From Patescibacteria group bacterium (GTDB lineage Bacteria > Patescibacteriota > Minisyncoccia > Portnoybacterales > UBA2143): 51,482 nucleotides of DNA. Every line of letters begins with the position of its first letter. The stretch's first letter is position 1. The stretch lies in assembly GCA_018819085.1 (NCBI GenBank), contig JAHJQT010000059.1, positions 1 through 51,482 on the forward strand, read 5' to 3'. The notes below the pieces were generated by a model, which was not told the origin of the DNA, did no database searches, and was given only the letters and a program-made list of their open reading frames with translations. Shown piece after piece: positions 18,895 to 28,434 of the stretch. A program made the translations under genes and the position numbers.

Positions 18895-20161
18895 TTATTG
18901 TTTTGCTTTTTAAAATTTTAGGAATACGTTGATATGAAATAATATCATCATGATTACTTCTTTTTCTAATTAATTCTAATCTATTATTAATCATTAAAAA
19001 TTCAGCTATAATTGAACGACTACCAAATAATGATAATGCCTGTGTTAGTCCATAAGCTCCGACTCCTTTAATTATGACAAAATCACCAGGTTTTGATTTG
19101 GGTAAAGAGAATTTTGAATTGAAACCACGACCAAAAGCATCAATTGTAGAAGACATTTGTCCACGTATAACTGTAGAATATGTCTTTTGCTTAGATTGTT
19201 GAATGATTTCAATCGCAAAATCATCTTTATTCTCGCCCTCTCTTGATAAGGTTTTTAATAAACAATTAAGCAATCCTTTTACTGTTAAAAAAATAGAATC
19301 TCTTTTTTTTTCTACGTCTATTATTTTAGTAATATATACTCCTGATTTATTGATAAAATATCGTCCTAACTCTAATATTATATTTCTATTATTTAAATTA
19401 TATTTTTTTATTAAATTTTTTAATTTTTTACAAAAAATTAACACATCTAATTCTTTGAGCATACTAGATTCAAAACCACCACCTATGTTTATGATTTTAA
19501 AGTTTATATCAAATTTTTTTTCTAAATTACAGATAATTGAAAAAAGGTTATCTATCCCTTTTATTAAAACATCCGAATTGCAAATACGACTCATGCCATA
19601 AAAATGAACTCCTTTAAGATTAATATTTGAAAAATTATTTGAAAAATTATGTAATATTTTTTCAAAATCTTTTATTTCAATACCAAAATCAGAAACTCTT
19701 GAATATTTATAAATTTTCATTTCTTGATCATTTCCTAAATTTAATCTAATAATTATATCTATTTTTCTATTAAAATTCCTGGCTACTTTATTTAATCTCT
19801 GTAATTCAGAAATAGATTCTATGCTAAATAATCTAACACCTTTATTAAATGAGTGTATAAATTCATTATCAGTCTTAGTAGAACCAGCAAAGAATATTTC
19901 CTTTGATTTAAAATTAGCCTTTTTAACAGCAGATAATTCACCTAAAGAAATTATTTCTGCGCTTAGATTAAAATTATTCATTATTTTTAAAATAGCTAAA
20001 TTAGGATTAGCTTTAGCAGAATAAAAAAGCTCTACATTACTAGGTAGATTATTTTTCAATTTTAAAATTTGACCTTTGATTATATCGTAATCATAAACAT
20101 AAAAAGGCAAATAATCCTTTTTCTCTAGTATTTGTTTATAAGTAATTGGTTTATTTTTCAT
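18887..20161 (-). CDS. PLP-dependent decarboxylase, fold type III (Orn/DAP/Arg decarboxylase family)
   Basis: PFYVYDYD...FYSAKANPN (PLP-lysine context), NIGGGF motif, and family-typical length of 424 aa. Confidence 0.75.
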   Translation of the reverse strand: MKNKPITYKQILEKKDYLPFYVYDYDIIKGQILKLKNNLPSNVELFYSAKANPNLAILKIMNNFNLSAEIISLGELSAVKKANFKSKEIFFAGSTKTDNEFIHSFNKGVRLFSIESISELQRLNKVARNFNRKIDIIIRLNLGNDQEMKIYKYSRVSDFGIEIKDFEKILHNFSNNFSNINLKGVHFYGMSRICNSDVLIKGIDNLFSIICNLEKKFDINFKIINIGGGFESSMLKELDVLIFCKKLKNLIKKYNLNNRNIILELGRYFINKSGVYITKIIDVEKKRDSIFLTVKGLLNCLLKTLSREGENKDDFAIEIIQQSKQKTYSTVIRGQMSSTIDAFGRGFNSKFSLPKSKPGDFVIIKGVGAYGLTQALSLFGSRSIIAEFLMINNRLELIRKRSNHDDIISYQRIPKILKSKTINE

Positions 20162-21392
20162 TTTGAATTTTCTTTTTAAATTTTTTCTCTAATATATTTA
20201 TCTCTTTAAAATTTTTGCCTACGACCATAAATTGACCTTCTCCTAATAATTGCAATAAATCAACGCCTATGGGGAAAATACCTGATTGACCTTTTTCAGT
20301 AATAAGAATATCTGAAAAACTATTAAACATATCTTCAAATGATAAAAAACAATTATTAATACTAAATGATTTCCAAAAAATATCATCAGAAGATTTAAAC
20401 AAGCAATCAGCAATTAAAGCATTAAAAGTGCTTGCATTAAAACGAACATTAGCTTCAGTTGAATATATTTTCTTCTCTTTAGTTATTATATAATCAATTC
20501 CAACAAAACCGTAACATTTTTGTTTCTGAAGATAATTACAAAAATCCAAAGATAAGCTTCTAATTTTTTCCAACAAACGAAGACTTCTATTAAGACGTGA
20601 TGGGAAAATACTTCCTTGATAAGAAACCCTATCTTTTGCTAAAATCTGATCTGAAATAAGAACAGGAATAATCTTTTTTGCTTCTACCCAATATTGAACA
20701 TTAGATGTAAATTCTACATCTGGAATGAATCCCTCTAAGAGAAGGCTTTTTGAATCTGAAAAGCTTTTTTTAACCCGTTCTTCTAATTCTTTTTCAGTAT
20801 TTAAAATAAAATCTCCAAAACCAGCCACAGATCTTTCTCTCTTTAAAATAATCTCTTTAAATCCTTGCTCTTTTAAAAATCTAAAAGCCCTTTTAGTATC
20901 ATCGAGACTACTAACAGTGAGGCCTGATATACAAGGAAATCCTATGTTTTTAATCACTTGGCGATAATTTGATTTATTATTTATCCAATCTAAAAATGAT
21001 GCTTCTCTTATAACCCTGCTATTAATTTTCTGAGCTAAAAACTGGCTGTCATAACTTTCAATATAAGGAACAAGCTGACTTATTTTTTTTTGCTTAATTT
21101 TATTTATTAATGAATCATTATTTAAAACCGCTTTAGTTAAAGAAGGATAATTCAGATAATCTGGAGCATAAAAAATATTCTCAGAATTTATCCTAGCCAG
21201 ACCCAAATTTTTATAATAATCCCATAAAAAATTATCAATTGGATCGCCAAAAACAGCATAATCATTTTCTTTTAATAAAGGCAGGATTCTCTTGTCATAT
21301 AATTTTCTTCTGTCTTCCTTATCTGTATCAGCTTCTTCATGCCTATCATTGATATAAAGTTTTTTTTCACTTGATAAAAATTTATTTAACAT
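20151..21392 (-). CDS. ATP-grasp fold ligase-like protein
   Basis: ILKRERSVAGFGDFIL and GFVGIDYII...STEANVRFNAST resemble ATP-grasp phosphate-binding and Mg-binding segments. This is a weaker motif reading than for the other enzymes. Confidence 0.5.
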   Translation of the reverse strand: MLNKFLSSEKKLYINDRHEEADTDKEDRRKLYDKRILPLLKENDYAVFGDPIDNFLWDYYKNLGLARINSENIFYAPDYLNYPSLTKAVLNNDSLINKIKQKKISQLVPYIESYDSQFLAQKINSRVIREASFLDWINNKSNYRQVIKNIGFPCISGLTVSSLDDTKRAFRFLKEQGFKEIILKRERSVAGFGDFILNTEKELEERVKKSFSDSKSLLLEGFIPDVEFTSNVQYWVEAKKIIPVLISDQILAKDRVSYQGSIFPSRLNRSLRLLEKIRSLSLDFCNYLQKQKCYGFVGIDYIITKEKKIYSTEANVRFNASTFNALIADCLFKSSDDIFWKSFSINNCFLSFEDMFNSFSDILITEKGQSGIFPIGVDLLQLLGEGQFMVVGKNFKEINILEKKFKKKIQNEK

Positions 21393-22488
21393 TATTTTTC
21401 CTTTGATTTAATGCCATTTGTTCTAATTTAAGATTAGAATTTATTTTAATCTCATGGTTTTTTAATAATTCTTTTTTCTCTCGAACAGACAATAATTTAT
21501 ATTTATAATAACCAAGAGATGCAATCATAGCAGCATTATCAGTACAATAAGATTTTTTAACAGGATATTTAAATTCAAGATTTTGTGCTAAACAATCTTT
21601 ACTTAAAATATTTCTTAAATTGTCATTAGCTGAAATTCCTCCAACAAGATGGACTTCTTTAACTTTTTCTTTCTCTGCTAATTTTAATAGACCATTAGAA
21701 ATTAATTCACCCATAGTTTGTTCAAAACTAGCACATAAATCTGAAATAAACTTTTGTGATAAATTTTTTTTCTTTTTTCTTTTTTCAGAAATAGTTTTAC
21801 TAATTATTTTTTCTATTTTTGAAAAATCAAGTTTTGTTATATCAAAACTACCTATTTCTTTTGTTAAATTAAATTTATTTTTATCCCCCTTTTTAGCATA
21901 ATCAGAAATAACAGGACCACTACTAATAGGTCCACCTATTTTTAAAGCATCCGCTAAATAACTATAAACAGCTCCTATCCCTCTAAAGTTTGGCTTATTT
22001 TTTGATTTTCTTTTCATCGCGTCAATTCTAAAAAGCTCTTTAAATTCAAATTTGTTATTTAATATTTTAATAATGCCACTATGTCCACCCGAAGAACTTA
22101 AAACTAAAATAGGAAAATTAAAATCACTTTGCTCTCTTTCTAGCCAATTAGAAAAATAATGAGCCTCTTGATGATAAACTTGGATTAATGGCTTGTTTAA
22201 AACACTAGCCAAAACTTCTGCCGCTGTTAACCCAATTGAAACATTTGAAAAAAAACTACCAAAATTATTAACCGATATCAAAGAAATATCTTCCATTTTA
22301 CACTTTGATTTTGTCAACGCTCTTTTTATAACTGGCCCAATTTGATTTAAATGTGAATCTACTAAATTATATAATTTATCTGATTTCATTACAGTATGTT
22401 CGTTCACATTAGACAAAACAAATCTACCGTCTTCAACAACAGCTACGCAAACATCATGTAAGATTGTATCTATACCTAAAATTTTCAT
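21382..22488 (-). CDS. Kae1/TsaD (ASKHA-fold, N6-threonylcarbamoyl/carbamoyl transferase) family protein, divergent
   Basis: ILGIDT start, HQEAH metal-binding His pair, SSGGHSG, VGGISAN and CTDNAAMIA motifs in the TsaD order. The usual SCDET segment is replaced. Confidence 0.7.
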   Translation of the reverse strand: MKILGIDTILHDVCVAVVEDGRFVLSNVNEHTVMKSDKLYNLVDSHLNQIGPVIKRALTKSKCKMEDISLISVNNFGSFFSNVSIGLTAAEVLASVLNKPLIQVYHQEAHYFSNWLEREQSDFNFPILVLSSSGGHSGIIKILNNKFEFKELFRIDAMKRKSKNKPNFRGIGAVYSYLADALKIGGPISSGPVISDYAKKGDKNKFNLTKEIGSFDITKLDFSKIEKIISKTISEKRKKKKNLSQKFISDLCASFEQTMGELISNGLLKLAEKEKVKEVHLVGGISANDNLRNILSKDCLAQNLEFKYPVKKSYCTDNAAMIASLGYYKYKLLSVREKKELLKNHEIKINSNLKLEQMALNQRKNNVK

Positions 22489-22494
22489 AAAGAA

Positions 22495-24105
22495 TTATTT
22501 TTCAATTAAATAATCACCAATAGCCAAATAATCCATACTGGAATCATAAAAAGTTTTTAATGCATCTTTAGGACTACAAATAATTGGCTCATCAGCTAAA
22601 TTATAACTTGTGTTTAATAATGCCGGGATGCCTGTTATTTTTTTAAATTCACTAATTAACTTCCAATACTTAAGATTATTCTTTTTATTTACTGTTTGCA
22701 AACGAACTGTATTGTCTACATGAACCGTAGCTAATAAATCTTTTATTTTATTTGGCTTAATATCAAAAGCTAAAATCATAAAAGGTGATTTATAATAATC
22801 TTTAACATATTTTGAGGCATATTCTTCTAATATAGAAGGAGCAAAAGGTCTCCAAGATTCTCTTTTTTTAATACTATTAATCATATCTTTTATCTTTACC
22901 AACGAAGGATTAGCTAATATAGAACGATTACCCAATGCCCTAGGACCAACTTCCATTCTTCCTTGAAACCAGCCAATTATTTTGTTCTGTGCAATTTTTT
23001 CAGCTGTTTCTTTAAAAATATTATTTGAAAAATGATATTTATTAATTTTATATTTCCCTATAGCTTTTTCTATTTCTTGATTATTAAATTCTGGACCCCA
23101 ATAGACATGGTCAAAAATAAAATCTGGACTCTTGTTTGTTTTTTTCACATGAACATATACTGCCGCGCCTAAAGCACTTCCAGTATCATTAGAAGCTGGC
23201 TGAATATAAATATCATGCACATATTTAGATTTTAACAGTATCCCATTCATAGCACAATTAAGTGCTACTCCACCAGATAAACATAAATTACGTGAGCCTG
23301 TTTGATTATATAAATATTTAACAATTTTTAAACCAGCTTTTTCTAAAACAAATTGAACGGTTGCGGCTAAATCTTTATGTTTTTGCGTAATTTTATCAAA
23401 ACAATTTCTTTTTTTTATAGTTGCTAAAAACTTTTTCTTTTTCTCGTAATCAATTTTGGGAATTGGTTTAGCATTCCAATCTATAAAGTTAAATTTTTCC
23501 AAACAGGGTTTACCATAGCTTGATAATCCCATTGTTTTGCCTTCTTGACTATGACCTTTAAAACCTAATAAATTAGTAATCTCTTCATAAAGACAACCCC
23601 AACTTTCTTGATGATTTATTCTATGGAAAATATCTAAATTTAAACCATTCCCATAGCCAATTAAGCCTGATTCTGATTCTCCTGCTTTGTCTAATGAAAT
23701 AATATTTGATTCTTTAAATCCTGATAAATAAAAAGAAGAAGAAATATGTGCTATATGATGATTAACATTTATTACTCTTGGATCATAGAAATCAAACGGC
23801 TGATTCCATTCAAATGATTTGAGTCGAGGTGTTTTTTGTTTAATTTCGTGATTATTAAAATCTATAGACTGATTTATAGCATGATATTTATCATCAAATC
23901 CTACAGCAATATAATCTAAATCTTTCATGCTTAACCCAGCATATTCTAGACAATATTTGGTTGCCTGACAAGCTCCTATGCGTGGCGCATGCTTTTTTCT
24001 AATAAATCGCTCTTCTTCAGCAAATGCCACTAATTTACCATCAATTAACAAACAAGCTGCATTGTTCCAAGAATAGCATGAATGAGTAATACCTAATATT
24101 TTCAT
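22495..24105 (-). CDS. NodU/CmcH-family carbamoyltransferase
   Basis: MKILGITHSCYSWNNAACLLIDGKLVAFAEEERFIRKKH is a family-typical N-terminus. LSGGVALNC motif. 536 aa. Confidence 0.85.
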   Translation of the reverse strand: MKILGITHSCYSWNNAACLLIDGKLVAFAEEERFIRKKHAPRIGACQATKYCLEYAGLSMKDLDYIAVGFDDKYHAINQSIDFNNHEIKQKTPRLKSFEWNQPFDFYDPRVINVNHHIAHISSSFYLSGFKESNIISLDKAGESESGLIGYGNGLNLDIFHRINHQESWGCLYEEITNLLGFKGHSQEGKTMGLSSYGKPCLEKFNFIDWNAKPIPKIDYEKKKKFLATIKKRNCFDKITQKHKDLAATVQFVLEKAGLKIVKYLYNQTGSRNLCLSGGVALNCAMNGILLKSKYVHDIYIQPASNDTGSALGAAVYVHVKKTNKSPDFIFDHVYWGPEFNNQEIEKAIGKYKINKYHFSNNIFKETAEKIAQNKIIGWFQGRMEVGPRALGNRSILANPSLVKIKDMINSIKKRESWRPFAPSILEEYASKYVKDYYKSPFMILAFDIKPNKIKDLLATVHVDNTVRLQTVNKKNNLKYWKLISEFKKITGIPALLNTSYNLADEPIICSPKDALKTFYDSSMDYLAIGDYLIEK

Positions 24106-24791
24106 TTATTTAATTTTTCTTTATTTAAATAATCTTCAACTAATTTAGCTATTTCTTCACTTAAAACACCTGATTGAATCTCACCTTCTCTGATTAATTT
24201 CACTTTATTATTAACTATTTCAATAACTGTTGAAGGTCGACGTTCAGGTAATTTTCCTGCATCCAAGACTATATCAGGTTTTACTTCATGTCCAAAAATC
24301 CCTCTAAAATACTCCATTAACTCTTCTACAGAATAAATATTTTTCAATTCAGAAATATTAGCACTTGTACCAATAACCGGTGTTCTATGAAATTTTGATA
24401 AAGTAGAAGTTACTTTATTAAAAGGAACTCGAAAACCAAGTGTTTTATATCCTAAGTTTAAAAACTCTGGAACTGTTTTATTATTTCTTGGCACTGCGAA
24501 AGTAAATGGTTCTTCAGGAAATTTTTCGGCAATTTTTTTAATTAAAGGATTAAATTTGCCATATTTTGCAATATCGTCAAGACAATAAAGCCCAAGATTA
24601 AATGCTTTTTTTCTATCTCTGTGTTTTGCTTTTTGTACTTTTTTTATTGACTTTAAATTAAAAGCATCACCCACCATTGTGTAAACAGCATCGCCAGGCA
24701 CAATAGCTATTTTACCTTTATTAATCGCATCAGCAACTTTTTTAACAGCTTTAGGATCTGGATTTTTATAATCTATTTTTACAATTTTCAT
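24102..24791 (-). CDS. YrdC/Sua5 (TsaC)-family L-threonylcarbamoyladenylate-synthase-like protein
   Basis: IAIVPGDAVYTMVGDA (PTDTVYGL-type) and IGTSANISE (SAN motif). Single YrdC domain of 229 aa. 4-nt overlap with the carbamoyltransferase gene. Confidence 0.75.
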   Translation of the reverse strand: MKIVKIDYKNPDPKAVKKVADAINKGKIAIVPGDAVYTMVGDAFNLKSIKKVQKAKHRDRKKAFNLGLYCLDDIAKYGKFNPLIKKIAEKFPEEPFTFAVPRNNKTVPEFLNLGYKTLGFRVPFNKVTSTLSKFHRTPVIGTSANISELKNIYSVEELMEYFRGIFGHEVKPDIVLDAGKLPERRPSTVIEIVNNKVKLIREGEIQSGVLSEEIAKLVEDYLNKEKLNK

Positions 24792-24793
24792 AA

Positions 24794-25744
24794 TTATTTT
24801 TTAACTTTTAATAAAGGAAAGTTATATTTATCAAGATAATCATTTTCTATACCACTACAACAATTATTATATTCACAGTTTACGCAATCATCGTTTTTAA
24901 TAAAACATTCTTTAAAATCTCTAATCTGTATTTTTTTTAATTGAAAATCCTTACTAACTTTTAATAATCTTCTTTGTCTTCTTTTTTCGATAGCTGAATC
25001 TTGAAATCTAGGCAAATTATCAATGTAACAAAGAGGAAAATTCCAAAATATTATATTAACACCCAATAAGTTAGCTGTTTTAACTGCTTTTTGTATATAT
25101 TCTTTTATTTTTTTAAAATCAGTTGGTAATGATTTCTTAAGTAAAGATTTTAATGTATCGCCAATATATATTAATCTAAATTCTATATTAATCTTTTTAT
25201 AATCATATTTCTTAAATAATTTATGTAAATATATAATTAAATCAGATAATGATTCTAAGTTATTTTTATTAATAACTAAAATAAGCATTATTGGCAATTT
25301 ATATTTTAAAAAATTTTCTAAGCCAGACATTCTCTTTATTTCGATTTCACTAATAGGTAAATTATTAATAGAGCCAATAATTTTATTATTTCTATCAGAT
25401 GGAAAATAATTTAATGTCTTCTCTAAAAAACTCTTATTATTAAAATGCAAAAGATTTGTTATAATTCTGAATTCTATCTTTTCTTTGTAAAAATAATCAA
25501 GAATTTTAAAAAAATTCTTATGAATAGTAGGCTCTCCTCCTGTAATAATAACATAATCAAGATTAAAATTATTTCTTAAATAATTAAAATTATCTTTTAT
25601 TTCTTTCAATGAAAGATCTTTTAATCCTTTTTTTGTATATTTTCTTTCAATACAAAAATTGCAATCATCATTACAGTTAGCAGTTATTTTAAACAATGCA
25701 GCAACATTTTCTTTTTGGTATTTTATAATCTTTTTTTTATTCAT
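24794..25744 (-). CDS. Radical SAM protein (short family variant, C-terminal 4-Cys motif)
   Basis: CNDDCNFC triad and TGGEPTIHKNF motif. C-terminal FPLC...CVNCEYNNCCSG. Confidence 0.75.
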   Translation of the reverse strand: MNKKKIIKYQKENVAALFKITANCNDDCNFCIERKYTKKGLKDLSLKEIKDNFNYLRNNFNLDYVIITGGEPTIHKNFFKILDYFYKEKIEFRIITNLLHFNNKSFLEKTLNYFPSDRNNKIIGSINNLPISEIEIKRMSGLENFLKYKLPIMLILVINKNNLESLSDLIIYLHKLFKKYDYKKINIEFRLIYIGDTLKSLLKKSLPTDFKKIKEYIQKAVKTANLLGVNIIFWNFPLCYIDNLPRFQDSAIEKRRQRRLLKVSKDFQLKKIQIRDFKECFIKNDDCVNCEYNNCCSGIENDYLDKYNFPLLKVKK

Positions 25745-25750
25745 AAATAC

Positions 25751-27313
25751 TCACCAAATATAATTTTTAACTTTTGAAGAATTCATTAGCGGATCATTAG
25801 CCTTATAACTACCATTAAAAAAATATGCTGAATACCTATCTCCTCCTTTACATTTTTCTAAAAAAGCACATTTCTTACATTCTTTTGGTATATTATTATA
25901 ATTTCTTAATGATTTCATGAAAGAATGATTCCAGCAAGCATTAATATCTAATGGGTCTCCGATATTTTTTTCAATATAATACATCGGTTTGGCAAAACCA
26001 CGTGGATCAATAACAAATCTTTCATGACCATCAACTGATTTAGCCCCTCCACAAACAGCATTTATTTTAATAGGATCATAAGCACAAAAAGGAACAGCAT
26101 TAATTATATGAACTTTTAAAGAATAATTATTCCTAACTATATCTTTTTTAATTTTAATTAATTTTTCTATTAAAAGTGGAATTTCTTTCTTTCCCCAAAT
26201 TATTTTTTCTCCAGGATTGGGTATCACCCGATTAATCATCCATTTATTAATTTTTAACTCTTTGAACAGTTTGTAAAATTTTTCTGAATTCTTAATATTC
26301 TCCATAGTTGCAACTGTACTAACATTAACAATTTTTACTCCTGCTTTTCTGAACCATTTTATAGCTCTTATTTTCTTTTCAAAAGAATTTTCAAATCCAG
26401 TTATTTTCTCATCTTCTTTAGAATTACAAGTATGCATTGAAAAAAGAATATAATCTAAATACTTAGCTATTTCTTTTACTTGTTTATAATCCTTAATTAA
26501 AGAACCATTTGTATTTAATTTAACCTGCAATCCTTTTTCTTTAGCATATTTTATTAAACTAAAAATATTTTTCCTTAATATTGGCTCTCCACCAGTGAAT
26601 CTTACTGCTGATACGCCTGTTTTTTTTAAATTGTCAATTATTTTTTTAATATACAGACTGCTTAGCTCCTTGCCTAATCTGTCTTTTTTAGCAAAACTAA
26701 CACGATTAAAACAAAAATCACATTTAAAATTACATTTATGAGTTACTTCAATTATAACTTCTCGAGGTAATAATTTTGGTTTAATTTTACTTTTGTTTAA
26801 ATTTTTAAGATACCCTTTTAAAATGCCATTGCATTTTTGATTATAAGCGCATAATTTACACTTTTTCAATTTCACAAAATCTTTAAAATTATTACTTTTT
26901 AAAATAAGGCCTTCAGGTTCAGGAATTAAACAATAAGGAAGACCTTCAACTTTAATTATCAAATCAAATAAAAAGACATAACGAGCTTTTGAGATGTAAG
27001 AAGCTACAACATCTAAAGAATCTATTAATTTATCTTTGCTTGGATTAATTAGGTTAAACTGTACTTTTTTGATTCTAAATTTTTTTGCTATTTTTAAAAT
27101 ACCATTTAGTCTAAAATAATTAGAATTTTTGACTTGATTCCCAGTATAAATATCTACACTAAGAACAATATTATCTTTTTTACCTTCTTTAATTAATTCT
27201 TCTATTTTCTGAATAGACTTTTTAAACGTAAAATTATTCTTAACAAAACGCTCATGGATTTCTGAACGATGACCGTATAAATAAATTTTAGAATAATTAT
27301 TTCTTTTTATCAT
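25751..27313 (-). CDS. Two-module radical SAM/SPASM protein (longest of three paralogues)
   Basis: The N-terminal ~180 aa lack a CX3CX2C triad but carry LPYC...CKLCAYNQKCNG. The core has CNFKCDFC and TGGEPILRKN. C-terminal CKKCAFLEKCKGG. The C-terminal half is close to 14818..16170 (DPRGFAKP.YYI.KNIGDPLDINACWNH). Confidence 0.8.
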   Translation of the reverse strand: MIKRNNYSKIYLYGHRSEIHERFVKNNFTFKKSIQKIEELIKEGKKDNIVLSVDIYTGNQVKNSNYFRLNGILKIAKKFRIKKVQFNLINPSKDKLIDSLDVVASYISKARYVFLFDLIIKVEGLPYCLIPEPEGLILKSNNFKDFVKLKKCKLCAYNQKCNGILKGYLKNLNKSKIKPKLLPREVIIEVTHKCNFKCDFCFNRVSFAKKDRLGKELSSLYIKKIIDNLKKTGVSAVRFTGGEPILRKNIFSLIKYAKEKGLQVKLNTNGSLIKDYKQVKEIAKYLDYILFSMHTCNSKEDEKITGFENSFEKKIRAIKWFRKAGVKIVNVSTVATMENIKNSEKFYKLFKELKINKWMINRVIPNPGEKIIWGKKEIPLLIEKLIKIKKDIVRNNYSLKVHIINAVPFCAYDPIKINAVCGGAKSVDGHERFVIDPRGFAKPMYYIEKNIGDPLDINACWNHSFMKSLRNYNNIPKECKKCAFLEKCKGGDRYSAYFFNGSYKANDPLMNSSKVKNYIW

Positions 27314-27319
27314 AAAAAA

Positions 27320-28426
27320 TTATTTTATAATTCTTTTAATAAAATTTATAATATTATTTTTATTACTTGAGAATCCATTATATCTTTCTGAAAAAAGTTT
27401 TATTAAAACATTAATAAGTTTATTAATAATTTTGAACTCGTCTTTTTTGTTAACGCCCAAATAAACAAATTGACCATGTAAATTTTTAATAAATCTTTTT
27501 AGAATCCTGCCTCTACTAGAATTATCTAATTCCTGTCCATCAAAAATTATAAAACTTATTGTTCTGATATGATCGATAATAATATTTAGGTTCTCTTCAA
27601 ATAAATTAATTGAATTATCGTTTATAGATTTAAAATAATCTAATAAAATCTTTTTCAAAGGAAATATTAAAGAAATATCATAAATATTATCCTTATTTTC
27701 TAAAGCCATTAAAAGTCTCTCGAAGCCGAAACCCTCTAAAACAGCTTGATTTCTTGTTCTTTTAAGCTGACCAGTGAATTTGAATTTATAATTAACATGA
27801 GAACCAATTTCAATGTATTTATTTCCAATCTTATAATATATTTCACAACCGGTTGATCCTGGATTATCAATTATACGAGAATAAAATAAATTTCTCTGTC
27901 CAATAGTCCTAAAAATTCTATCTTTACCCAAATGATTAATATAAGTATTATAAAAAATTTCATCTTCTTCTTCTGTTAATTTAATACCTTCAGCCTCACA
28001 AGAATGTAATATAGTCACAAGAATTTTGTTTTTATCTAGTCCAAGAACATTGAACATAAGATTACATAACAATTCAACTGATTTTTCTTTAGATAAATTT
28101 TCAGCTGCTCCAACAGAGCCAAACACTAATAATTCGAAAAAACTAAGATGACGGCTACTAATACCTACATTCTTCGCGTCATTCACTCTTATGCTTCTAT
28201 CTGGCAAAATATAGAAATTATCAATTGGCAAATGAGATTCTTTTTTAAAAACAATAATATCATCAATAATATGATGCGCAGCACTAGGAGAATAAGTATA
28301 ATTAAATCTTGGCTGAATTAAACCAGAAGAAAATTCATTCCTAAAATTTTCTTTTTCTAAAAAATTTTTTATTTTTATCAATAATTTATTATGTTTTAGA
28401 ACTATTTTATCTATATTCATAATCAA
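27320..28426 (-). CDS. Alanyl-tRNA synthetase catalytic-core homologue (class IIc), truncated stand-alone form
   Basis: Co-linear matches to AlaRS core motifs. RVNDAKNVGISSRHLSFFELLVFGSVG matches R.GGKHNDLENVG.T.RHHTFFEMLGNFSFG. STGCEIYY...YIEIGSHVNYKF matches GPCTEIFYD...IEIWNIVFMQF. LEGFGFERLLMALENKDNIYDISLIF matches DTGMGLERIAAVLQ...NYDIDLF. At 368 aa there is no room for tRNA-recognition, editing or C-Ala domains. Confidence 0.6.
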   Translation of the reverse strand: MIMNIDKIVLKHNKLLIKIKNFLEKENFRNEFSSGLIQPRFNYTYSPSAAHHIIDDIIVFKKESHLPIDNFYILPDRSIRVNDAKNVGISSRHLSFFELLVFGSVGAAENLSKEKSVELLCNLMFNVLGLDKNKILVTILHSCEAEGIKLTEEEDEIFYNTYINHLGKDRIFRTIGQRNLFYSRIIDNPGSTGCEIYYKIGNKYIEIGSHVNYKFKFTGQLKRTRNQAVLEGFGFERLLMALENKDNIYDISLIFPLKKILLDYFKSINDNSINLFEENLNIIIDHIRTISFIIFDGQELDNSSRGRILKRFIKNLHGQFVYLGVNKKDEFKIINKLINVLIKLFSERYNGFSSNKNNIINFIKRIIK

Positions 28427-28434
28427 AAATATAA

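Noticed and set aside
21382-24791. Reading the YrdC-like and Kae1-like genes as ordinary housekeeping t6A genes (tsaC/tsaD)
   Set aside because: Only partly rejected. Two divergent Kae1-like copies plus a NodU-type carbamoyltransferase, all translationally coupled inside the rSAM block, argue for pathway-specific roles. One copy could still be the housekeeping enzyme, and resolving that needs the whole genome.
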